From assembly GCA_050575255.1 (NCBI GenBank), contig JBNZDD010013690.1, positions 4,774,504 through 4,838,503 of the forward strand: a DNA stretch of 64,000 nt. Direction: 5' to 3'. A model generated the notes under the pieces. It was not told where the DNA came from, made no database searches, and worked only from the letters and a program-made list of their open reading frames with translations. The DNA is from Harriotta raleighana. Lineage: Eukaryota. The translations under genes and the position numbers were made by a program. Shown here one piece after another: positions 39,433 to 51,921 of this stretch; positions within the stretch are counted from its first letter, which is position 1, and each line of letters opens with the position of its first letter.

Positions 39433-39675
39433 TAATAATAATAATTCTTGTATTTGATATAGAGCTTTTCACGTCTTCTAGACATCTCAAAGCGCTTCAC
39501 AGAATAGAGTGTTAAGTGAATTGACTATATATGTGGGCAAAATATGGTGTCCAATTGCAAACAGTAGTGTTCCACAAGCAGTCGTGGATTGAAAATTACT
39601 GATTTTTTTTTCAAGGGATTATTATCAGGCATGTGGAGTAAGCATACTTGCCCATGGTCTCATCCTGCTTGGAAT
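39433..39675 (-). mobile_element. Deu-type SINE lacking most of its tRNA head
   Basis: Tail and core match other copies; the 5' end is replaced by sequence shared with 44990-45130. Confidence 0.85.
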
Positions 39676-39989
39676 TTCATGTGAAATTCCTGTGAATTTA
39701 TCGTTTCTGAAATATTCTATGAATTTGCTGTAATTATCTTGAAAGTTTTCTTCAAAGCTATTTAGAGTTTTCTGTTTGGAAATGCAAAACTAGATGCAAT
39801 TATAACCGTTAGAATAGATGGTTTAAAGAGTTTCTACATTAGAATACCTGTGTATTATTTAAGGTGAGGGGACTGGTGAGCGAACACATTAAGAGATGAG
39901 TTTCCAATTAAACACTTTCAAACATCCTACGGTTCATTGACTTTTCAGTGCCTGATCTGACAAGTTTTTTTTTCTGTGTATGTTTCTAG

Positions 39990-40200
39990 ACAACTGTCTG
40001 AGGAAAACGCAACACTGCATGAATATGTCGAGAAGGAGAGTAAAGAAAAGAAAAGACTCAGTAGGACAAACGAGGAGTTGGTTTGGAAACTACAGATTGG
40101 TGAACCAGGAAGCCCAGTTAAAATATGCACATCATCTTCAAATCTGGAGTGTTTTCAGGGCCCACTCAGTCCATCAGCAGTGAGCACTAACCCAAGATGA
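39990..40200 (+). CDS. MTUS2: MTUS2 last coding exon ([35 protein letters not shown]...VSTNPR*)
   Basis: ttctag acceptor, TGA at 40198-40200. [14 protein letters not shown] and a Ser/Pro-rich end are the MTUS2 rather than MTUS1 pattern. The nine exons sum to 1044 nt = 347 aa + stop. Confidence 0.96.
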
Positions 40201-40994
40201 TGATCAAAACACACTGGATATTCCTTGCATTACACATATAATCTACAAAGCTCAGCCACAGCCGTTGAATATTACCTCTCTGGTTCTGCTCAGAGAAGAG
40301 CCATGAGTTGTGAATGAGATTTAGAAAAGTTGCTTTGAGCATGCTTAGCAGCAGATATGTAGCTTTAAGCAGGAGGATTTGCTCTCAAATCCCACGAAAG
40401 CCTTGTTGGAAGTCAATGATACTAATGCATTTTCTGATCAAGGTGAATGCAGTACAGTTTGACCTAAGTAATTTCTTTCTTCCTCAGCTGTGCTGTCAAG
40501 TACCAACGTCAGTTTTTGACCAGGTGTGCAAAAATCAAAGAGGAAATCTTCCTTGCCCAGACGGGCATGTTAAACATTGGGATTCACGTCCACAGTTTGT
40601 CCTTTCAGGTTCCCTCATAAGTCACAGCTTGAAATGAAATAAGACTTTTAGATGAGAGTTCAAGCTTGTGATGTTTCCCCCCCCCCCCGCCCCTTTTAGT
40701 ATTGGACAAAAATGCGAAATTCTATATTTTTACTCATTTGTTGGAATATTTTAGTCTGGTGTCTATTTTGAAAACGTGACCTAAATGAAATTCACTGGAA
40801 TTTTGAGAAAATATCTTCATGTTAGTCCACCACCAGCAGGTGGAGCTCCAGATCTCTGACGTTCACCAGCAGTTTGAGAAGGGACCACATTGCAGCCTTT
40901 AACTCAAACAGTGGCATAAGGAAAAAGCCAGAGCTGCTGAGCTCCTTTTTTCTCCACCATTTACAAGGCTAAACACTAACTTCCATTATTTTGT

Positions 40995-41215
40995 AATAAA
41001 CACTCTGGATTAAGCCAGGTAAAACAGAGACCCATTTATACAGATGGTATTTTCCTGCTCCACACAGACAGTGATTAAGAAAGTGAATGCTGTAAAAATA
41101 ACATTACATCCGATTGGATGAATGTACATGTTTGTATGCAAAGCATTATCATCAATATAAAAGGAATGCCACAGTATAGCTTATCAAAGCAGCCCAGCTA
41201 CAGAATGTCAATAAA
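40995..41215 (+). terminator. Candidate MTUS2 polyadenylation signals (AATAAA at 40995-41000 and 41210-41215)
   Basis: Canonical hexamers in apparently repeat-free sequence 0.8-1.0 kb after the stop. Usage not determinable from sequence. Confidence 0.35.
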
Positions 41216-43174
41216 CGGTTTGCTTAGAGGCAGTATAGTATACAAGTGGCATAGGAATGATCAAATTAAATTTTGAAGAACGCATTTGGACCTGCATTAT
41301 TTACTAGTGCAGTGGGCCACAGCAACATTCAGGCAAGCCTGTCACTGGTTGTCATTTGGCTTCTTTAAGCAGTTTCAGAAAGATTCATGGGACCTGTGAT
41401 ATCAGGAGATACCAAACACCAGAAACATTCTGCACATAAATCAGCAGTTATGAAATTTAATGTAGAGGTGACAGGACTTGATAGTTGTTTGAGCGGGTTA
41501 TATTTTGGGGGAAATAGCGTCTGTGTTTAGCTTTAATCTTATTTAGACAGCATTATAGAGAATCAAGAATTTGTTAAATGCTTAAATATAGCCTTAATTT
41601 TTACGCCATTCTCTGTGACTTCTTTTAAGACCTACAGAAAATCAGCCTCAAAATTAAGCATGAGGTGAAGAATCTATCAAATTCTGGACACTCTGAAATG
41701 CTACTTAAGTAGAAATACAGTAAATGTACATTGAAGAGGAATCCCTCCCCGTTGTTGCTTTATCCATTGAAAATGCATTGAAAAGTGAATATTCAGGGAA
41801 TTATAATACTGTATGATACTGGTATCCTTCATTGGTTTCCCTCAACTTGATAACTAGAAGTATTTATCAAAAAAAAGCAAGATTACGAGGTCAAATTACT
41901 AAATAATTTACTGAATGGTAAACTATGATAAAATGCTAGTGTCTACACCACAGAGGAAGCAATTCAGTCTGTCATAGTTGTGCTGGTGCTAGAATATTTA
42001 TCCAATTCCCTTTTAAATGCTGTAATGGACTCAGCTTTTGTGGAAAGGCATTCTATATGGGGATATTTTATACGTGATCGGTACAAATGACAATTTGTAA
42101 ATCTTTATGATGGATCTGTTTGTTTCTCACATTGTCTTTTTAATAATATCATTGAATGTGTGCAGAGGAAAAGTAATAATATTGGCCGGAAAGATAAAGA
42201 AATTTGTAATAATTTCAAGGGATATTGACCAACTTCTAAAAATGTGTTGACCCAACTCTCCTTATCTGAAGCTAAAGAGGACCTAAAATATATTTTAAAG
42301 TTTCATAGGTAAAAACCTTACTTCCAGAATATGTATCCTAGTGTCTTCCCATTTCAGCATCAAAGTGTTTCATAAATGAATCCTGAACTGGGGCCTCAAA
42401 GATTCTTCCTATCAACCCAATCCACTCATTAGTTACCGTTGGAGTAAAAAACACTTCTCGGTTTCTGGCCTGAAATTTTCCTGTGTAACTCTGTATCTTA
42501 TACATCTCTATAAGGTCGCTTCTGAGACACCTTCATGTTTGAAGAGCTCTAGCTTGTCTACTCACTACTTGCAGTTCATTCTTCTTAACATTGGAGATCA
42601 TCCTTGTTGCTCTCCTTTGCACTGCTTCTAGGGCGTGGATAGTGATAAGAGTTGTATGCAATGTAAGCAGCCCCATTTATACCTTGTACAATTAGAGCAC
42701 AAAATCTGGGAATCTGAATTCAACTGATTTATAATTATACCCAAGCATGCTATTTGTTTTTATCGTTGCCTCACACTTTTGACGCGGGAAGCATTAATTC
42801 AACTAACACCCCAGATCTTTCTCAGCCTCCCCGATGACAAGTTTGATTTTTGATTCCATCCATGAAGTACATGCACTTACTATTTTTTAATTTGCTATAC
42901 CTTGAATATGTCTGTATGATATTCAGCAATCAATGTGCACTCCGTCCTGATGATAGACAGAACATACTACAAGATATTGCAATCTACAACATCAAGTTTA
43001 CATTGATATAGCATCTTTCATATTGAGAAGGGAGGATTTAATATATGTTTTTATGAGATTAGATGAGGTTAATATAAATCACTTGGAAATGCCAATGTGT
43101 GGAAAGAAATGAAGGAATAATCTCTGTGGAAAGTACTTTTGGAGAATCAGCCTAAATTGGAAATGTTGAGGTGG

Positions 43175-43400
43175 AACAAAGGAACAGGAGTAGGCTATTC
43201 GGCCTTTCAAGCCTGTTCCACCATTTAATTAGATCATGGCTGATCTGTAACTCTACTAATCTTTTCAATTCCAATTCCCACTTTCTCCCTGTATCCTTTA
43301 ATACCCTGTCCTACCAAAAATTTATCAAACCCACTCTTGAAGGTGTGGATAGATCCAGTGTCCACGACCTTTTGGGGAAGGGAATTCAGGATTGTGAGCT
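43175..43400 (-). mobile_element. CR1-type LINE 3' end
   Basis: NSLPQKVVDTGSIHTFKSGFDKFL C-terminus and gaacaaaggaacaggagtaggc tail. Confidence 0.8.
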
Positions 43401-44261
43401 GGATTGCTACAGAGAATCTAGTCATTCCAGAAAGCCGAGCAGGAAAATGTTCAGCTGATTCTAGGGTCATTTGGATGCGGCAAATACAATGGAAGATGAT
43501 TTGGTAGATCCTATTGGAATGGAAGGTGAGGAGGATTGGATAGAAATTGAAGGGAGGGGTTCTGTTCTGTTATGAGAGGCCGGAATATGGCCCTTAAAAA
43601 TTAGGTAGATGTAATCAAACACTTGATGAAAGGGAGAGCCCATTTCAGAGACTACATTGCAATAAGAGGTGCTATCACAGCATATAAAATGGAGAAACTG
43701 AAGAGAGGATGGAATATTTACAGAACGATTCATAAAATGTTTACTGAGCAGATTGCCTATGGTTTGTTCTATTTTTAATGATGTTGTTTTTCCTGTGCTT
43801 TCTCCATTTAATAATATCCTTACCTTGAAGTAATGATCCAATTCGCATTTAAATTGTGTTGTGGACTTGACTTCCAACAGCTATTTTTAATAACTCCCCA
43901 TTTAAAAAAAAGCAAATCTACCCTCTTCCTTTTTTCTTCTGCTGATAATTCTTACTGTTTGCACTCTTGTTACTAACTGAAGCAATGGAAAGAATACTAA
44001 CCTAAATTAGATGGGATTGGGTAAGGCTATAACAGATGTGTTGGAAATCTGACTAAGTGATTTAAAGAGGTGCGAAGGAAGAGTCTGCCACAGTCTACAG
44101 GAAGGTGAGGGACAGATGGAATTGGGAAAAACACGAAAACATTCTCAGAATCAAAGCAAAAGAAACGTCATGGATTTCACAGTCTATTTATGATGCATTA
44201 AATGTCTCACCATATATGTAATCAGTGGTTTTACATTTATAATCTTTTCATTCTCATCCCT

Positions 44262-44495
44262 AGTCGGCAAAACCTTGGGCAAATTTCCTTACTCCACACG
44301 CCTAATAATCCCTCAAAAAAAATGGGTCTTTCAATCCACAGCTATTTTTTGGACACTGCTGTACACAATTGCCTGCCGTGTTTTTCCCAAAAATATACAG
44401 TCAATTCACTTTCCAGTATATTCTGTGAAATGCTTTGAGACGTCTAGAAGATGTGAAAAGCGCTATATCAAATTCAAGGATTATTATTATTATTA
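44262..44495 (+). mobile_element. Deu-type SINE, 5'-truncated
   Basis: ggcaaaaccttgggcaaatttccttactccacacgcc ... gctatatcaaattcaaggattattattattatt. Confidence 0.88.
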
Positions 44496-45124
44496 GTCTT
44501 CTCCATCACATGCCCTACTGTTCTAGTTTTGATGAAGAGTCATGTCTAAAATGTTAACTCCTCTTTCTCTTCCAAGACTTTCTGCATCTTTTTATTCCCC
44601 ACTGTCATGCATATCTACTTCCAATGCTGACTTTTCCCATCTAACTTATTTAAGATTTGGACATCCCATTCAGATATACCGCAAGTCAGAACCCAATCTT
44701 TTCAAATCTGCTCACAGCTAAAATATTACTGTAGAGATTCACTGAACAGCCCAAGATTTAATTTGAACCATATTGCCATGTGATTGTAGTACTATTCCCT
44801 GAACTCCTGAAACTCACGTCAGGTAGATAATCACTTTCTGGATTATGAATGAGCTTCATGCATACAGGAAATTAATTGAGTAGTTTAAAACATCCCACTA
44901 GGATAAGGCAGGAAATATAAAAGCAGCCCTATTTTGAACAATTGGATATTTTTTCTCAGTTAATTGTGATAAGTTAAATGTAGTGGCACAGTTAGAATTG
45001 AATCTTATTTTGCATTTTCAAACAGAAAACCCCAAATAGCTTTGAAGACAATTTTCAAGGTAAGTACAGCAAGTTCATAGGATATTTCAGAAACCATAAA
45101 ATCACATGAATTTCAGGTGAAATT

Positions 45125-45322
45125 CCAGGCAGGAGAAATTCCACATAATAAATTGGTAATTTTCAATCCACGACTTTGTGGGACACTGCTGTGCGCAATT
45201 GGCTGCCGAGTTTGACCCACATATATACAGTCAATTCACTTTACAGTATATTCTGTAAAGTGCTTTGAGACATCTAGAAGGTGTGAAAAGTGCTATATCA
45301 AATGCAAGGATTCTTATTATTA
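45125..45322 (+). mobile_element. Deu-type SINE lacking tRNA head
   Basis: Well-preserved core tttgtgggacactgctgtgcgcaattggctgccg and tail. Confidence 0.88.
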
Positions 45323-47298
45323 TGAAGAACCAATGCAACATCATCCTTCCAAAATATCCACCCTTAACAGTTTCAAGATGATTCTTAAACAATTGCCAAG
45401 TCTGGAATCAAACACTCTGCCTGGTAATTTAGCTGTTAATTGTCCCCTACGTAATAATAAATACATCCTGGTATCTGACCTGAAATTGCCCTTCACAAAT
45501 CAATACTTTATGAAGCCTGACTTTGATTACAGCTTCCAATTAGTGGAAATCAAATCTACAAGAGACTGGCACTGGAGCTCATCTCTGGGCCTCTGAAGCA
45601 GTGACCAGGAGGATTTTGACCTCGGGCTATTCATTTCTGAAGGGTGGGCGTCTTCAGGAAAAACTACTTTTTTGTTTGGAAAGTAAGAAGAGCTGGATTT
45701 AATTTTCTTTATAAATTTTTTACAAGTGATGATGCATTTTAATGCAGCTTATGTTACTGCTTTAAAAGCAAACAAAAACCTCTCTGAAAAACAGTTCTTA
45801 AAATGATGCCACTTAACGCAAGATTGCTGAATAACTCCACCAGCTGGTTATCATAGAATATAATAATAATAACAAGATTTACAAGAACAACAAATTATAT
45901 TTGTATAGCGCGTTTCACATTGGGAGGACATCCCAAGGCACTGGACAGTCAGGGATTTGGACCCAGGTTGAGGAGCAGGAAGGGTAATGGTAGGAGGGTG
46001 TTGAGACTCAATTTAGAGAAGGTAAGGATTTGTAATGCGAAATGGCCCACTCTATTGTAGCCTTTTGTTGCTTCCTTATCAATCAGCAATGTATATTCTG
46101 GTAATTATCACCCAATATACTAAACTATCTTATTAAGTTTGTTGTCAAAAGATGCTGCTGGTTCATGTGATTTGGGAAAATGCCGAATGCGGGTATGTTC
46201 ATTCATATTACCAATCAAATCCAGTTTCACCAAAATATGAAGCCAACTACAAGCAGCATGTCATTTTTGACATAAAGGAGCAGAACTATGTTACAATCAC
46301 ATGCTTTACCATGTGGGTGCTTTGCCTCTAAACTGCAGGAGCTTCACCTGAGGTCCATTTTCCTCTCACAATTGTCTTAAGGTATTTTCAGAAAGTAAAA
46401 ACACTCTGAAAATCAGTTCTTAAAACAGTCCTAAAACAGTTCCTAAACAAGATCACAAGGTGTTCAGATAAAGATGGTCTGTCAATCTTTGAGCTCATCC
46501 TACCTTCTTCCCAGCATCAGGTTTTTTCTTAATTCCTAATGACTTCAAGCATTTGACCAGGTAACCAAGTTGTGACTGTTGATTGCTCATTATAATTCTG
46601 AACTTGTGCTTTCTTGACCTGTTTTTGTTCCCTGTCCCTATCCTATTTAGCATTGTATATTCTTCTAAAAATGTCTGAGGCATCTCCTCAAAGCCAAAGA
46701 GCACTGGCAGATTTAACTGTTCATTGCTTATCCTGTGAACTCTGGGGATCATCCTCATTGCTTGCTGTATTGTCCTCAGGGTTTCCTGTGTTGCAGTGAC
46801 CAGAGCTGTACACAGTACTGCAAGTGCAGTCCTGGCAGAGCCCTGTATAGCTTCAAGATGGCTCCTGGGTTCCCTCAGTCAACTGATTTGGGAATGTAGT
46901 CCATCCAGCAAATTGTTTATCCTATTTAGTTCTGACCACATCAATATTTTCCCATGTAAATCTTTATACAACCTCCATCACTTGGGTGTCTATCAGCTTT
47001 TACAACATTTCTGTGATTTTTTAGAAGCCTATAATGTCCTTACCAGGTGATGCAGCATGTATAGGTAGCCAAATTCATGTGTTTAGACATAGGCTGACAA
47101 ATTGTAATTATACCAGAATGTATTGTAGAGTTGCTTTGTGTACCTTAATGGACCTAAGCAGAGTACAACGATATGGGTTCATCCCTGCAATTTCCTATCA
47201 GCAAGTTGGTAATCATATCCAATTTGGTGAGAAACACCCTAAATAGGTGTGGGGAAGAGTTTTACCCCAAAAGATGTTCACGTTCAGTGCTATTAACT

Positions 47299-47362
47299 GT
47301 TTACAATCTTGCTCACTCATTCTTTCAACAGTTTACAATCTTGCTCACTCATTATTTCAGCA
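47299..47362. repeat. 32-bp tandem duplication
   Basis: gtttacaatcttgctcactcatt(c/a)tttca(a/g)ca twice. Confidence 0.9.
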
Positions 47363-47887
47363 AAGAACAGCACGTAATTCACTTGAACCTAAAAGGAAGG
47401 ATATTTCTTCAATGCAGAGCGCATGAAAATATTTGCTTCTTGTAGAGGTAAAAGTGGAGCAGAAAAAGTGTAGACATTTTTCAGGAATAAGGCCACTTTA
47501 TTTGACTTTGATCTCCACTTTTAAAAGAGAAGGTTGGTTTTGCTATTCCTATTGCTTTGCAGCTCACTCTCATCCTTTTTAGGTTTCACCCCCAACTCCA
47601 AGGGATGAAGTTTGATTTCACCTTAACTGGAACTAACTCGGTAAACCTCTCACATCTTATCTTTCGATGAATTGTTACACTGCAGATTTATTCCCAAACA
47701 AAAAACAAATTCAAAGAAAATACAGTAAAAGCTCGTCTGGAATGCATAAGATATTGTATAAAATGCTGACCATAAATTGCATATTGACTTTTATCTCAAG
47801 CTGTACAGTAATCTATGCATCTGGGTTTTCTTAAGAGCACAAATTGCCAGTACTTTCTGAATATAAGAGCAGTGTAGGTATGCAGCA

Positions 47888-48487
47888 CAGTAAAATTCCG
47901 ATAATCTGGCACTTTCCAGACTATGGGGTGCCGGATTAGCAAATATGACGTATTTGGACATTACTCTTAGCGATGGGAGGATTTGAGTGTGCTGAGCTCT
48001 TATCTATGTTTCATACCTGTATAGTGAAAACCAGAGCTCTCCCTTTCCCATCGGAGCAGGTGGGCCGTCTAAAGAGGCATCGCACCCGCCGAAAGTTAAT
48101 TTTTTTANAAATGACGTATTTGGACATTACTCTTAGCGATGGGAGGATTTGAGTGTGCTGAGCTCTTATCTATGTTTCATACCTGTATAGTGAAAACCAG
48201 AGCTCTCCCTTTCCCATCGGAGCAGGTGGGCCGTCTAAAGAGGCATCGCACCCGCCGAAAGTTAATTTTTTTTTAAAATTGCGCATGCACACTTATTAAA
48301 GCTCGCATGCGCACTTATTAAATGTGACGTCATTGACGGGCCCCCGAGGAAAATACACAGAGTAGTGTGAAGGCTCTCTGGGAAGAGATGCGGATAGAAA
48401 TGCGCATTTGGAAAAAATGGACCGTCGCAGATGCCGGATTATAAAGCATTCCGGATTAACAGGTGCCAGATTAAAGGGATTTTGCCG
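47888..48487. mobile_element. Tc1/mariner-type MITE (different family)
   Basis: cagtaaaattccgataatctggcac ... gtgccagattaaagggattttgccg|TA imperfect TIRs with subterminal ccggatta repeats. Includes an artefactual duplication at N 48108. Confidence 0.75.
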
Positions 48488-49385
48488 TACTTACTAATTG
48501 AAGGTGCTTATGGCTTGCTACTTTTTTTTAAATGGTGAAACAGAGAAACTGCAGTTCCTCAATGCTACTGAACCACTGTAGATCAGGAACTCAGTCATGG
48601 TTTATAAACAAAAATACATTATTCTGAGGCAAACTGTGTTTCAATTCCTTTGCATTTAACACAAACCTTGTTATGTTATGACAGGTAGCCGAACAAATGT
48701 GTAAAATACAAAAAAATCAGGTAATTTAAAGGCTGCACTGGTTGGATCTGTGTCCTGTGGATACATAAGAAGTTTGTTTCTGATGTACATTGACATTTGT
48801 GTGGTCAGCTTTAGTTCTAGTGGTTGAGAAGTTGTGATGACTTTATATTTATTTCCATTAGTTGAGTTGGATTTTGTGCGAGTCTATTACTAAACTGTAT
48901 TGTCATTACAGTACAGCCATGCTCCAGCACGATTAAAGTTGGAAGTGTGAAAACTCGTCCTGGTGTCTGCTTTTTGTTTGGAATGAATCACTAATAGACA
49001 TGAAGCTCAGACATTATATCTCTGGCAATTCCTTCTCTCATAGAGCACATGACATTGATATTACAACTTCTAAAACACAGAAACATTGCTAATCTATGAT
49101 TTGGAGACCTATTTTTGTTTTAACACCAATTTGTGGGGAATGCGTGTTAGAATTGCCAAATGCAGCATTAATTGTAGATTGATTAACCTCAGTAAAAGCT
49201 GAGCTATGGAGTAGATTCATCAAGTTTGCAGTTTTTTTTCTTTGCTACATGCACAAGTCATGGAAAATTTGCAGGTGTGAAATCTACTTTGGGATTATTA
49301 CATCTATCTTGCAATTTGGATTGTATTTCAAATGTTATGTATTACACAATATGCCAAGAGTGCAAAAATCATCAACCTGGTAATT

Positions 49386-49730
49386 GGAGTCCAACGTAGT
49401 GATTAGTGAGCTTGCCTCGAAAGTGAGGTGACCCTGGTTTGATTCCCAAGAGAGCAAAACCATAACCAAGTTTCCTTACTCCATGCCCCTGTGTTTACCC
49501 AGCAGTAAGTAGGAACCTGGTTGTTGGTCGATTGGTGGCTCACTTTCCGGGGATAAAAATCCCTTAGTCAGTGAATCCACAACTGTTTGTGGGATATTAC
49601 TGCACATAATTGGCTGCCACATTATACCCACAAAATACAGTCAATCCACTTCACAATATATCCTGAGAAGCACTTTTGAGACTTCATTGAAGTGATAAGG
49701 TACCATATCAAGTACAAGAATTATTAACAA
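49386..49730 (+). mobile_element. tRNA-derived Deu-type SINE, longer variant
   Basis: Degraded tRNA head, ggtttgattccc B box, Deu core, plus an extra internal segment. Confidence 0.75.
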
Positions 49731-51915
49731 TAATTGAAATGAAGAATAGAGTAATATATTCAGACTATTTTACACCACACGTACTGGTGGTTCAGGTGAA
49801 GTAGCAGATTGTAACAGAGCCAAGAAATGGGACAGTTCCACCAGATTGAAAACCATTTGGATCTTCAGCTATCTGCAATGTCCATGCATGACAAGAAAGA
49901 TCGCAAACCCAAAATTGGCCAAGTGAATGGAATGATTGCCAGTGCAACATAGGGCCACACAGACCTGAAAATTACAGCTGCAACCCAGTCTGCTGGATAA
50001 CATATTAGCAGGGGCCAATGTTGGGTGAGGTGAGGGGTGTCTCAGAAGAAAACTAACTGAGGTTCCTCCAAACTGCTGTTTAAATTCTCTTACTGGAAAA
50101 TAAGTGTAGACATTGAATCAGGGCAGAAATGGGCAAGATTAAACTTGGCTATGGTCTTTCTGCCTTTGCTGCAGAATGAATTTTCTGCTCTGCCGAGATG
50201 TCTTGCTTATACTGCTGAGAAGTTTTCACACTGTTCCAGATTTTTAAAAAAAGGAAACACTGGCTATAGGCAAGTCAAGGACATAATGTCAGACAGAATT
50301 GATTCAAAGCTTTGATCTGGTGCCAAATTTAAGATTCCACAGGGTGGCAAAGAACCATCAGAAGATTTCAAAGTTTTTTTCTTGCCAACAGATTGGTCTT
50401 GCATATCAATCAAAGCTTGTTACAGCCATGCTGATTGGAATAAAAAGCTGGATGTGCTCTTCTCTGGAAGATTGCAGCAAGCGTAAAATGCATTGGTAAG
50501 TTAGTGGAAAACTGATGGTTAGTGGAAAACAGCAGCAGCATCAGGGTCTTGGAAGAGCAAACACTAACATAAAATGATGAGCCAAATAGCCTCCGACTTT
50601 TGTTTTACATTTCTATGGTTCATTATAGTTGAAGCAGTTTTCCATTTGTTTGTTCTGGATAGGTTGGTGTAGAAAGTTGCTGAGCTGTTAGATCATTCTT
50701 AGAATGTTTGATCGTACTTACGGTCTTTCCTGTGGCTTTGTTTCTTGGGACACTTGAGATTTCTTTGCATTTTGAAGAATAAGGTTTGGCACAATATCAG
50801 TATGATTGTGATGAGCCTATTTACTCAGTTTCATATCTGAAGGTTATTTAATATCAAAATAACAACAGCTTCTTAATTTTAATCACAGAGAGACATTCCA
50901 CGACGTTGAGATTAAATATTGAAACAGAACCACCATAAATCAAGGATACATCAGTCTTTATATAGGATAACATGTTGGGAGTGCTACATAATGATGAGAG
51001 CAAGACCATTGGCACAGTTGAAAAGATAAAATTTTAAGTACAATTTAAACAGTTTAATAAAGGAAACAAAACAAGCCCCCCCAAAAAATGAGTGGGCAAG
51101 GCAGAGTTACAGAGGTTAGGGTTATAGTAGTTTAAGGCCTGGCCACCAATGGATAATTATCTCAATGAACAATTCATAACTAGTTCAAACAATAAAATCA
51201 TGTCCTGATTGATTTAAAAAAAATATTATTCAAGAATCCACTAGTCAAACCTCAGAGATCACCCCTGNAATCATGTCCTGATTGATTTTTAAAAAATATT
51301 ATTCAAGAATCCACTAGTCAAACCTCAGAGATCACCCCTGGGATGTCTCAGATTTGACTGATGCATTCCTGAATAATTTCTTGTCATTTTTTCCCCCACC
51401 AATTAAAAGCTCACCATTGATTAGTTAAAAGCCCCTCTGATAAGCTTCCCATCATTTGTCCAGCTTGGACCGCCCATTGGGGTTGCAGGTTAACAAGCAG
51501 AGTCGCTGCCCAGAGAGCTCAATTCAAATATTAGTCTGCTCCCAAGTCCTGCCATGAGTCAGGCTAACTGGCTGGTCTGTCATCAACTGTGGACCTTATA
51601 TATGTCCTTAGGTTTTTGGAACCCCTACACAGCTCAGTAACCAAACTACATTCCCAACATTTATTTTCTCTTTAACTGCCCAGAATGCTGCGCAATTGTA
51701 CAAACTCTATTTTTGACAGGTCGACAGGTAACGTCCCTTAGCAATCTTTCCTATGTTTTGCGCCAGTTGAATGAATGAATCTTCAATGGTTTCTGGCTGG
51801 AAAGGTGCGACATTGATTATTGGTTAACCCTGGAATCTCTCAGCTTCAATTGATGTGTTCTTAAGAGAATTTCTTTTTAAAAAAATTAAGAAACTAAATT
51901 GCCATTAAAAAAAAG

Positions 51916-51921
51916 TTTATT
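51916..51921 (-). terminator. Candidate distal SLC7A1 polyadenylation signal
   Basis: Minus strand reads tgtaAATAAActttttttttaatggcaatttagtttcttaattttttt (hexamer + U-rich downstream) at the end of a long AU-rich, repeat-poor tract. Confidence 0.4.

Noticed and set aside
40314-40637. 107-aa ORF just after the MTUS2 stop
   Set aside because: No recognisable homology or motifs; lies in presumptive 3' UTR and is a chance-length ORF.
47941-48275. ~167-bp tandem duplication
   Set aside because: The junction is a single N (48108); most likely an assembly artefact.
51196-51340. ~72-bp tandem duplication
   Set aside because: The junction is a single N (51268); most likely an assembly artefact.
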